Assembly: GCA_033442325.1 (NCBI GenBank)
Contig: JAWQFM010000012.1
Coordinates: 217,899-281,898, forward strand
Length of the DNA stretch: 64,000 nt
Origin: Salpingoeca rosetta
Taxonomy: Eukaryota; Protista; Choanoflagellata
Direction: 5' to 3'
A program made the position numbers and the translations under genes. This document shows, in pieces, positions 36,453 through 57,900 of the stretch. Under the pieces are notes generated by a model. It ran no database searches, was not told the origin of the DNA, and saw only the letters and a program-made list of their open reading frames with translations. Numbering within the stretch: position 1 is the stretch's first letter; each line of letters starts with the position of its first letter.

Positions 36453-36952
36453 TGTCTTCTTGCGAGCGAGCACAGAGCGTTCAGTGGTGGCAGAGAGGGA
36501 AAAAAAGTGCAACGCAGAATGACGACATGCCCTTTATGAAGTCGTGAACGGCGATTTGGTGCCTGGTATCCACCGTTTCTCGGATTCTCCCAAGATTGTG
36601 TGCGAAACGTATATTGGGGACGCACTGCGCACGTCATGACTCATCAAGACAGGAGGCGACGACACGACAAGCCAAGAAGCGAAAGGAACACAACAGTCAC
36701 AACAACCAACATTCACACACACACACACACACAGAGCACACCAACAAAGGACCAACCAACCAACCAATCGTTCTTTCTCGCCCGCTCGCTCGCCTGCCTG
36801 CCTTGCGACCACCGATCAGACGTCAGCAGCAGCAGCATCAACACCTCCGCCTGTGTTTCTTTGAGGGCTGAACCTTCTTTTTGGAGACGCCTCTGCGAGC
36901 AAGGCAACAGGAACCAACACCAACACCAGCAACACCAACAACAGAGCACACC

Positions 36953-37970
36953 ATGTCTTCGGAGATCACCAAGAAGGGCATCGAGGTGGCCAAGAAGGCC
37001 ATCGAGCTTGACAGGAGTCAGGAGTACGAGCAGGCATTGGCGCTGTACAAGTCAGCCAGCGAGTACCTGCTCAAGGGCATGCAATGTACGTCTCGCTTGA
37101 GTGGTGGTGGAGGGGATAGCGCAAGGCCGAGTCCAAGCTGCTGCATGTGGGGCGAATGTGTTACCTGTGAGGGGCTGACGCAGTCAGAGGGGCTGCTGTG
37201 TCGAGGGCTTGCAGCGGGACCATGACTCATCACTGCCTCATGATCCTTCCTTGTGTGCCTGTGTGTGTGTGTGTGCCTGTGTGTGTATGTGCATGTGCGT
37301 GCATGTGTGTGCGTGTGTGTGCCTGTGTGTGTATGTGCATGTGCGTGCATGTGTGTGTGTGTGTGGTGTTGCAGATGAATCGTCGCAGGTGAAGCAGATC
37401 ATCGGCAAGAAGTGCAGCGAGTACTTGGAACGCGCGGAAAAGATCGATTCCATGTTGAAGGATGGCACGGTGCGTTTTTGCCCGAGTGCTTGCCCGCTCC
37501 CTGTGTTTGGCGTGCTGTCGTGCATCGTGCATTGCCACGGCATAGGAACAGGTTGCGTGCAGTCTCTGTGCTTGGCCCACGCAAACAAGCTCAACGCCAT
37601 TCATGCCATTGCAATGCCATTCATTACCAATGCGTCACCCCACCACCTACCACATGTGTATGGTGCAGACAAAGAAAGCGGTTGCCTCTGGTGGGGAAGG
37701 GACTGGAGAGGACGACGACGACGATGCAGACGCCTCGGGCCTGAACCCGGAACGCAAGCAGCTGCGCCAGGCGCTGGAGAGCGCGGTGGTCATTGAGAAG
37801 CCCAACATTGCATGGAAGGATGTGGCGGGCCTTGACTCTGCCAAGGAGGCCCTGCAAGAGGCTGTCATCCTGCCCATGCGGCTGCCACAGATGTTCAAGG
37901 GCAAGCGCGAACCGTGGCGCGGTATCCTCCTCTACGGGCCCCCAGGCACAGGTGCGCTGCTGCGTGGTTG

Positions 37971-38013
<43 letters not shown>

Positions 38014-38069
38014 TTGTTGTTGTTGTTGTTGTAGTAGTAGTAGTAGTAGTTGTTGTTGTTGTTGTTGTT

Positions 38070-38131
<62 letters not shown>

Positions 38132-38470
38132 AGTTGTTGTTGTTGTTGTTGTTGCTGTTGTTGCTGTTGTTGTTTAAGTTGTTGTTGTTGTGTGTATGGT
38201 GTGTTGTGTGCATGGGTGTAGGTGTGTTGACAAATGTGTTCTTGCTTGCATGTTTGCTCCTTGCTCGCGTGTGTTTTGCTCCATCCCAACACGTACAAGC
38301 GTTGCCGTTTCTTTACCTCAATGCTGCCGCCTCTAACCGCCCTCTCCCCTCTTCTCCTTGCCAGGTAAATCGTACCTTGCAAAGGCCGTTGCATCGGAAG
38401 CCAACAACTCCACATTCATCTCCGTCTCCTCCTCAGACCTCGTCTCCAAGTGGCAGGGCCAGTCCGAACG

Positions 38471-38512
<42 letters not shown>

Positions 38513-38820
38513 GTGTGTGTGTGTGTGTGTGCGTGCGTGTGTGTCTGTGGTATTCTCGCTAGCTCGTTGTTTCTCTGTGTCACGTGCTTCATCAATCCTT
38601 GCTCACACCGCCACCACCACCACCACCACCGCCACCACCACCGCCACCACCACCACCACCAGACTTGTGAAGGAGCTGTTTGAGATGGCGCGAGAGAAGT
38701 CGCCGTGCATTGTGTTTGTGGACGAGATTGACTCGCTCTGCTCCGCCCGCTCAGACAATGAGAGCGAGAGCTCCCGCCGCATCAAGACAGAATTCCTCGT
38801 CCAGGTGCGTCCTCTGTGTG

Positions 38821-38858
<38 letters not shown>

Positions 38859-38905
38859 ATCTTGTGTGTATGTGTGTGTGTGTCTGCGTGCGTGATCTTG
38901 TGTGT

Positions 38906-38944
<39 letters not shown>

Positions 38945-40219
38945 CGTGTTGTTCATGAGCTTCAGCATACACCAGGCTGTTCAGTGCCGTCATTCACCTC
39001 ACCATCAACCTACCAACCCCCCGGCCTTCCAAAACGCCCCCCCCCCTTGTGTCAACAGATGCAAGGTGTGGGCAGCCAGAACGACGGCATCCTGGTTGTT
39101 GGCGCGACGAACATTCCCTGGCAGCTTGACTCTGCCATCCGCCGCCGCTTTGAGAAGCGCATCTACATTGCGCTGCCGGACACGGAGGCCCGATGCAAGA
39201 TGTTTGAGCTGCACATCAAGGGCGTTCGCAACACCCTCCAGCCACACGACTACAACACCCTCGCCCACAAATCTGAAGGGTGCGCTGTTGTGTGTGTGTG
39301 TGTGTGTGTGTTGTGTTGTATGCTCACGTTGTGTGTTTGTGTTGTGTGTGTGTGTGCATGTGCGTGGATCCGTTGTGTGCGTGCTGTTTGTGTTCATTTT
39401 GACAAGTCAGCCTGCTCACAGAGCTCCATCACACGTGTGCTGCATCTGGCATGATCTTCTACACGGCCTCCACATTTCCCACCTTTCTGCCTGTACATGG
39501 CAGGTACTCGGGGTCTGACATCTGCAATGTGGTTCGCGAGGCAATTATGATGCCCGTGCGGAAGGTGCAACACGCCCAGGCGTTCAAGAAGGTTTGTTGT
39601 GTGATGCTCTTGTTGTCATGCAAGGGTTGACTTGGGTTGGGGGTGTATCTTGCATCCTTCAGCTTTGCCAATCGCGCGCGCGCACACACACATGCTCACA
39701 CACACACACACACACACACACATGCTTACACACACACACACACACATGCTTACACACACACACACACATGCTTACACGCACACAACCCCTCACACATCCC
39801 TTTCAACCCAACTTTAGTGTGACGAGAACGGGTATCCGACGCCCTCTGGAGCGTTCTGGACGCCGTGCTCCCCCAGCGACCGCGACCCAACAAAGCAGTT
39901 TATGTCGTGGCAGGATATGCCCGCAGAGGCAATTGTCGAGCCCCCGGTCGACATGGTGCGCTTCATGATGGTGATTTGTGGCGTGTATCGGGGTATCTTC
40001 TTGCATGAGGAGGCGCGTTTGCGTTGTGTACACGTGGGGGCACTGCACACACACACACACACACATTGCAACTCACGCCTGCGCCACGTAAACGTAACAC
40101 CACCCCACCAACTACAGCGAGACATGGTGCAAGCGCTTGAGCGAACAAAACGCAGCGTGGACCCGAAGGACCTTGGCAAGATTGAGGAGTTTACACGCAG
40201 CTTTGGACAAGACATCTAG
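36953..40219 (+). CDS. VPS4: Vacuolar protein sorting 4 AAA-ATPase (MIT, AAA and Vps4_C domains)
   Basis: MIT domain [20 protein letters not shown]...; [13 protein letters not shown]; [20 protein letters not shown]; VFVDEIDSL; [17 protein letters not shown]; [22 protein letters not shown]; TPCSPSD; ends FTRSFGQDI*. Confidence 0.98.
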
Positions 40220-40956
40220 TCGATACGCGGGTGATCAGCCAACACAACCATCGCTTTCTACAAGCTGTGTGCAAGGAGAGAGTGAGAGTCGTGTCTCGGG
40301 GCAACAGCCACACCACACACCTGTGTATTGAGGTTTGTTTTTGACTTGCCTGTTTGCCTGCGTACAAGTGTTGTGTGTGTGTGTGTGCTTTCGTTTCCCG
40401 GCCCTCCTTTCCGTCGTCATCGCTGCTGTTGGTGTAGTCGTCGTCACAACATTTCTCGTTGTATGTATGTATGTTTGTATGTGTGCACGTGTGCTGGGTG
40501 AACTCAGCATGTCCCTTTGCGTCTTGTGTTTGTGTTTGTGGGAATGATGGTGGTGGTGGTGTGAAGGCTCCCCGCTCCTTGTCCCCGCTCTCCTCTCCTT
40601 TGCCGCCTTTCTTGTTGCTTGCTTCTTATCTTTGCTCGTCTTGCCCTCGCCCTGCCTGTATCCTTGCTGTGCTGTGCTGCTGGCATCATCTGCTCTTGCT
40701 TGCTTCTTGCCAGCTGTGAAAATACAAGCACACAAAGCCAAAGCCAACAAATTTTTGTGGTGTCGTGACCTGATTTCGAATTTGGCGAATTTTGTTGGCT
40801 GCGACAACAACAACAACCGTCCGCCGTCCGTCTCAACAACCACCACCACCACCTTGCTTGCCCTTGCGCTTGCCCTATTCCTTCCCTATCCTGTCCCATC
40901 CCAAGTTCCACCCCTTGTTCCATCTCTACTCCTTTTCCGGTTGGTTGAACGGTGCG

Positions 40957-50718
<9,762 letters not shown>

Positions 50719-50787
50719 CTGAAGCACAGAGAGCTCGAGAGAGTGTGTACAAAAGTGCATGTATGTGTATGTGTATGTGTATATGTA

Positions 50788-50824
<37 letters not shown>

Positions 50825-51559
50825 GTGTTTAAACGCGTGTGTCTCGTGACATGAGTGCCCGTGAAGTGGTACGACTGCACAAGAAGAGGTGCCAGCGTGT
50901 CGAGAGAAGAAACATGGTTCTTGGCATTGCCATGTGACCGCGGGCGACACGCAGAACGAGGTTTGAACTGCGCACGACCGCGGTCTGCGCACCCATCGAA
51001 TCGCAAAAAGAAAAAAAAAAACGGGGGGAAGAAGGATAATCACCAGAGCAAGCAATGAAGGAGAGAAGGAGAGGCGACAAAGCAAGCAAGCAAGCAGACA
51101 ACGAATGGCCAGGCACGCGAATCGCACGGCCAGCAAGAGAGCAAGAGGACGACATGGAACACGCATCATTGTTATCATATCCAGCGCACGAACAGATGAG
51201 CGGAGAGACAATGAAGAGGGCGAAGGCGAGGGCAAGAGCAAGGCGGACGCCAGCACGCGGGAGACATCCGTTCCGGCGCAGTTCCACGAGTTTGTTGGTT
51301 GGAGCGTCCAGAGTCATGGAACGGTGCGAGTCGCAGTCCGTTCAACCAGGTGCGTCGTGTATGTGTGCGTGTGCATGTGTGTGTGTGTGTGTGCGTGCGT
51401 GTGCGTGTGCATGTGCATGTGCGTGTGCGTGCGCGTGCGCGCGCGTGTGCGTGTGTGTGCATGTGCGTGTGTATGCGTGAGCGACGAGTTTGGGTCCATT
51501 CTGATGCCATCGTTCACAACCACAACACAGGGCGTGACTGGCTGTCTGACTGACTGAAT

Positions 51560-51745
51560 GCATGGCACCCGAACCGACAACGAGTGGCGTGGTAACCCCC
51601 ACAACATACCTTCCTCCTGCCAGCCCAACGGACCGACAGGAAGGATGGCGACCTCATCCGGGTCCAGAAGAACGCGTGAGCCCTTCTGGAGCACCAGAGT
51701 GTGCCGCCAGACCATCCAGGCTAGAGGCCCAGATGGTGCCGATGC
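51560..51745 (-). ncRNA. Candidate omega-RNA scaffold (multi-hairpin RNA downstream of the Fanzor-like gene)
   Basis: Read on the minus strand: closing stem GCAUcGGCACC/GGUGCCAUGC; hairpin ACCAUCUGGGC/GCCUGGAUGGU (51711-51737); hairpin UCCAGAAGGGC/GUUCUUCUGGA (51663-51690); hairpin CUUCCUGUCGGUCC/GGGCUGGCAGGAGG (~51613-51643); extra helix UGGCGGC/GUCGCCA. The mismatches are G-U pairs on the minus strand only. It lies ~200 nt after the Fanzor stop. Confidence 0.55.
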
Positions 51746-51904
51746 TGTGTAAGGCAAGGTTCATCACACGTGCATGAGACTTGTGTGAGGGGCGTTAGTG
51801 TGGGGATTCTGCTTCAACAAGCAACGGCAGTCATCTGCAACAACACGACAACAAGAGCAGCAGCACGAAGATGAACGCAGCAGCAGCAACAACAACAACA
51901 ACAT

Positions 51905-51951
<47 letters not shown>

Positions 51952-51952
<1 letters not shown>

Positions 51953-54900
51953 CATCCCACGTTTGCTATGCTCCATTCGCGACACATGCGGCGCGACACT
52001 GTCACCAGCCCGTTATCCATATCAGGACGGTCCGGCTCGGAGGACCCACGCCACGGACCAAGCTCACCGTTTGCCTCCTCCACCAAGGACCTGCACACCC
52101 ACAAGGCACGGGCGCATCGATTGCGGTGAGATTGCGGAACAACACACACACACACACACGTGTGCACACATGCACTCGCACATGCACACACTTATATACA
52201 ATTTACACTCACTCATACGCATTTACACACACACATGCGCTCACGCACAAACTCATGCACTCACATGTACACACATGCACACGTGAACACTCGCATACAC
52301 ACGTGCACACACGCATACATACTGACACACACGCATTCACATACACACGCACACGCTCGCCTACATGGAACCATACCTCGCAGCGATGGTCTTTGCGGCA
52401 GCAACGTCTCGGTCAGCAGACGCACCGCAGTGCGTACACGTGGCAATCCTGTCAACCATTTGCGTACACACGTGCATGAGCACACACGCACATGCGCACA
52501 CACGCATATCCGCACCCTCTTCTCACATACATGCGCACACACACAACCACCCATATCCGCACCCTCTTCTCACATACATGCGCACACACACAACCACCCA
52601 TATCCGCACCCTCTTCTCACATACATGCGCACACACACAACCACGCATATCCGCACCCTCTTCTCACATACATGCGCACACACACAACCACGCACATTCA
52701 TGCACATACCTCGTTTGCTCGTCAATGCGGTTTGGCCAGGCACAGCAGAGGGAATACTTTGTCGTCCTGAACTCCTCCACAATTTTTGTGTCGACCCGGC
52801 AGCCGATGGCGCGGCGTAGCTCCAGGATGGGAGCCTTTGTCCCTCCGCCGCGACCCTTATGGACGCTGGGAGCAGGAGGCAAGAGAGGCAAGAGGCGAGT
52901 TCAGTTGGGCTTTTGTCGGTGTGGCGTGACCGTTGGATGTGGGCAAGGGTGCATTGTTGTGCGTGTGTATGTGTGTGCGTGTGTGTGTGTGTGTGCTTAC
53001 CAGTCTCCGAAGAACACCCGACAGTCGCGTCCAAAGCGTGTCGCAAGCTCGCCGGCGACTCTGCTTCGGAAGCGACAGTGCTTCAGCTTCTCATGAAGCC
53101 TCCACTTCAACTCTCGCCTGCTCACACCTTCCCTCAAACACTCCCTCGCAGACGCAACCACATCGTCCACGCTCCCTGGCTCCGCACCCCCGCCCTGCTC
53201 TTCCCGTTCTCGCTGCTCCCGCTCTTCCTCTCCCTTGTCCCTGCCTTCCTGCCCCTCTCCCTTGTCCCTGCCTCCCTGCTCCTCCTGCTGCTGTCGTCTC
53301 AGCTGCTCCTCCTTCTCAATCCGTGCCTTCTCTTTCCTGCGCCTGCTCCTCTCCCTCTTCGTCCGCTTGCCCCGCTCCCTCTTCTTCCTGCGTGACCCCG
53401 TCTCCCCCTTCCCCATCGCCCCTCCCTGCTCCCCACCCTCGTCGCTACCCCCTGACCTTGCTGGCACTGTCGCCGTTGGCTTGTGGTGTCGCCGTCCCCG
53501 CCCCGTATAAAGCTGGTTCACTATTCGCTTCTGCGACACAATCATTTTTTTGCCATCTTGGATCCGAACGCAGGCAAGCGGGATGCGGGTGCCTGGGTCG
53601 ACCCCAACCACGGGTGTGATGGGGCTGGTGTCGCAGACGGTGTCGCGGCGCGCGCTGGGCTCCACCAGGAGGTATGCCGTGTAGCCGTCCGTCCTGATGG
53701 ACGTGACGCGACGCTTCCGGAACTGCCTGGCCACGTCTGCTCCGAGGAAATCGAGGAGGGACAGAGCTTGCCTTGGCGGTGGCCGCACTGCGGCAGGCTG
53801 TCGGCACTGGCGCTGGGAGTGGCCGAGGCGGCCACACTTGAAGCAGGTCAGGTCCCGTAGTAGTCCTGCGTCTAGTTGTATGAAAGGGTGCTTGTTTGTG
53901 AATGTGGGGAATATCTTGAGCGAGGTCAAGTCGGTGTCGGGCGGTGCAAGGGTCCTCGCAAGATGCTGCGCGGCGCCGATGTAGAGGGCCAGCTCGGCCG
54001 TGTGCTCACATGCGAAGCGCGCGCCTTCGTCATGGTGCTCCGCCACCTTCTTCAGTTGCCGTTGAGCAGCTCTTGCCTTGTTCTTGAGATCCCGTTGGAG
54101 GAGCGGGGTGAACTCTTTGGACGCCAGGTTCAGGAGCTTGTATGCCTAAGTGGTGAGGATGAGCACATGCATGCGCGCGTGTGAGTTGGTTGTGTGTGCG
54201 TGTGTATGAGTTGGTTGTGTGTGTCGCGTTGGTCGAGCGGGGACACACACCGCGATGCATGATGTGGCAACAGCAGGCATGGGAGTAGGATCATCAAGCA
54301 GACAAGGCAAACACGCAAGCATTCGCACAGACATACCATGGTGGCCGTCATCCATTTCGGTGGGTCCGGTATCCCCACGCCGTGCTGTCGGAGGATTGAC
54401 AGCATCGGATGCTGGCTATGTTTTTTGTGGTTGCGCAGTGTGGTGAAGAGGTTGCTTAGCTTGTCTGCTGTCAGCTGTGGCGCCAAGTGCTGGAAGCAGT
54501 AGGCAGGTCTTGGGGATTTGCCTGTGGCTGCTGCTGTGACTGTTGTTGCAGTGGCGGGCGGTGTTGTTGCTGTGGCTGCTGTTGTTGCTGCTGCACCTTT
54601 TGCCCTCTTGCACGGGTTGTCAGACGGCGACGCCGCTCGGGACTTCTTGTGGTCCTTCTTCTTCTTCTTCTTCTTCTTGAGGTCCTCGACGCCTTCGGCA
54701 CGCTCCTGGGCCTCGCGGAAGGCGACCTTGCGCTCCACAATTTCCTTTCTTGTGGTCTGGGCGAGGTCCGCCAGAGTGGAGAGGATTTCCCGGTGGTGTT
54801 GTTCCGCAGTGCGCAGAATGTGTAGGTAGAGTGCCGTGGTTGCAGTGCACTTCATCTGCCCAGCATACCTGCGTCAAGCGTGGATGTGCGTGACAAGGCA

Positions 54901-57900
54901 GGGCGGGTGTGCGCATGCATGAGCGTGTGATTGCGCACGCGGGCACAAACCTCGCATGAAGTGCGAGAGTGGGATGAAGGGTGCATGGTGCAGTGAAGAG
55001 AGCAGTCAGGCAGTTCAGCGCATTGTCGGCCATACCTGCACATCTCCAGCACCTTTGAGCGCTCCAGCTCCACTCCAAGCCGCTTGAAGGGCATAAGGAC
55101 CGCCACCCTGTTGTGCACCAACATCGATAATTGCAGTTGGAAGAGGGCAAAGTGTGAGCGGGCGCAGGGCCAAGCGACAAGGGTTCAGTCACAGGTGCAG
55201 ACGGCAAGCGGTTCACGCAGCACAAACACAACGCATGCAACATAGCGCAGCAGGCAGGCTATGCAAGAGCAAACCTTGGGTTCTTGTTCTGATCTTGACC
55301 GCGTCGCTTCTGCCCACGTTTTCCCTGCTTGGTGCTCTTGCCACAATCGTCACGTCCATTGCGATCGTGAGGCTTGCGCCCTGGACGCCGCGTACGCTGC
55401 GTCACCATACAAAAAACGTCACCGGATGGTACATAAGTCCACAGCGGGAAATCTCAGGGTTTCAGGCACAGCAAGCGCGGCGCACCACACACGGGCGATG
55501 GCATACGTAACCATGTTGAGACTTACGTGTGATGTTGTCTCAAGTCGGCCATTCCGCATGTCGGATACGATGGCTTTGAGAGCCGGGCGAAGCCGCACAC
55601 TGTGGCAGGTGTGGCCCGTGTCAGGGTCTGCGCGTCCACGTGCGCGTTCCACGGCATTCTCCACGTGCACCACTCCGGCGACCGTGTGCCCCTAATGTGG
55701 TTGGTTGCAAACATGTCGGTGAGACGTGAGTGGCGCACAGTGGTTGTGCGATACAAATCAAAGCAGGGCCGTACAAGCAGGCGCACGCTCCGCGAGACAT
55801 TGCAACCCCCCACGCAAGGCATTCACGCAAGACACTGCAATATCATACCTCGTTTGCAGGGTCGCTAGTGAACTCAAACAGAGGGGTTGTGGCAGGATGG
55901 GCGCTGTCGCCGTCGTCGTCGGCCGGCTCTGGTGCAAGTGGTGGCAGCCTGCGCCTTGCCTTCTCAGTGTCGTCCCAGACGACCTGGCAGGCAAAGGCAA
56001 GCATAGCATGCCTTACCCTTGCGTCGAGGTCGTCGGTTATGATGTACTTCTGCCTGAGGTGCTGCATGATGTCGGTGTAGGTCTTGTATTTGTGTGTGAC
56101 GTACATCGCCGTGCGCATGCCGATCCCGTGAATGTGCGCACCTGGTGAGCAGGGGAAGGGGCAGCAATGCGTGAGTACTTGGCGCACACGAGCACACGAA
56201 GAGAGAGATAGAGACAGAGAGACAGAGAGAGAGATAGGGGAGGGAGAGACAGAGAGACAGAGAGAGATAGGGGAGGAGGGATGCAAGTGCACACGTGCAC
56301 ACAGACAGACACTTGCACGCTTACAAGCGCGCATACATGCAAGCATGCACAGACAGACGCGCAGGCATACACACAGGCAAACACGTAAGGCCAAGCACGT
56401 GCATAACTCATACCGGAGTGCTTTGGAAGGTAATCGCAACCGGACAGTACAGCAGCAAGCTGCAGCGTGTCCAGGCGAAGATCGCGAAGCGACAGGCGAA
56501 CGCCGTAGCGCGTTAACGTGAGCTCCTGCAGGTGGTGAAACTGGATCGAATCACAGGTCCTGCCAGGTGTGTGATGTGATGTGAGTGGGGCAAGGCAGCA
56601 GCAGGTCGCGCGCGGTGGGATCAAAACGCTTGTTACAAGGAGCATGGTGGGAAGTCGACGTGGCAAAGGCAGGTCAAATGCACTCAAAGGCATGCCAAGT
56701 GGCATGCACAAGCATGCACAAGCAAGCAAGCGGGACATCAACACGATGGCTCACCCGGAGCTTCGCAGGTTGCGGAGGACNNNNNNNNNNNNNNNNNNNN
56801 NNNNNNNNNNNNNNNNNNNNNNNNNNNNNNNNNNNNNNNNNNNNNNNNNNNNNNNNNNNNNNNNNNNNNNNNNNNNNNNNNNNGCCACCACGTACTCTGT
56901 GAGACCAAGCACAAACAAGCACAGCGGGTTCGTGAGGAAGAACGGTCTCCGTGCAAGCCACTCGGACACAAGATGGGGGCGGGACGGAGGAAGGGGCACA
57001 GAGGGCTCACAAAGATGGTCAAGTGTCACTGCCAGCGCGCGCACACACACGTGCACGCACAGCAGGGCAAATCAAGCGATCACATGCATGTACAGGAGGG
57101 CAAATCAAGCGATCACATGCACCAATGTTGAGGCGATCCAGCATGGCCATGAGGGTGCGTTGCATGTCACGGCTGACGTGCAATGCCCTTCTGCTGGCCT
57201 TTCTTGCTTCGTGGACTTTTCCTTGCTTGCGGAGCTTGAGCGCCTCCTCTCTCGCGGCCCTGTAACATCCACAATCCATGACAAAGAACGGTGCGTGAGC
57301 ATGACAAGCGTTGGCTGCAGGGCGGTTGCAGCTCTGCTCTTGAGCAATCACAGGCAGGTGTTCTTACTTTCGTTGGCGCTGACGGCGCGCGTTTTCCTCT
57401 GCTTTGGCGGCGAGGGGAGCGCCATCAAACACCACGACAGGTGTGATTCCGGCTGTCGTCAGGAGGGCGAGCCTCTTGAAGACAAATCTGCAGCGTTGAC
57501 ACGCATGTCACAGAGTGAGTAGTAGAAGCACGGAAGCAGCAGGCAGCAGGCAGCACAATGTGGCAGGGCTGGCATGCATGTACAGGCGTGGGGTGATGGT
57601 GTGTGTCGTACCTGTAAGGACGTACGTCCTCGGCGTTGCGCAGCAGTTCCAAGGACCTGGAATAGCATCCTGTCAAGTGCATCGATGTGAGTAGATAGAA
57701 AGGAGGAAGGGAAGGGAAGGGTGTTCGAGATCATGTTTGAGGGCGATCCAGGAGGGCGACGCAATCAAGCAGGCAGAGCAACCAAGCAGGCAGAGCAACC
57801 AAGCAGGCAAACCCCTTACCCTTATAGGCAAAGGATGATATGTCAATGTCAATGGCCACGCGTTGGCCAGTGAACCTTTCAAGGTTCACTGTCTGTACCA

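Noticed and set aside
51056-51552. Small plus-strand two-exon gene (donor near 51349, acceptor near 51530)
   Set aside because: The splice-like signals are present, but there is no recognisable protein and the reading frame is ambiguous.
51640-51665. CGGATGAG (minus strand) as a hammerhead ribozyme core
   Set aside because: It does not match CUGAUGA, and there is no correctly placed GAAA core partner.
52505-52694. 47-bp repeats inside the Fanzor gene as a CRISPR-like guide array
   Set aside because: The units are head-to-tail and near-identical with no unique spacers, and they lie within a GT-AG intron.
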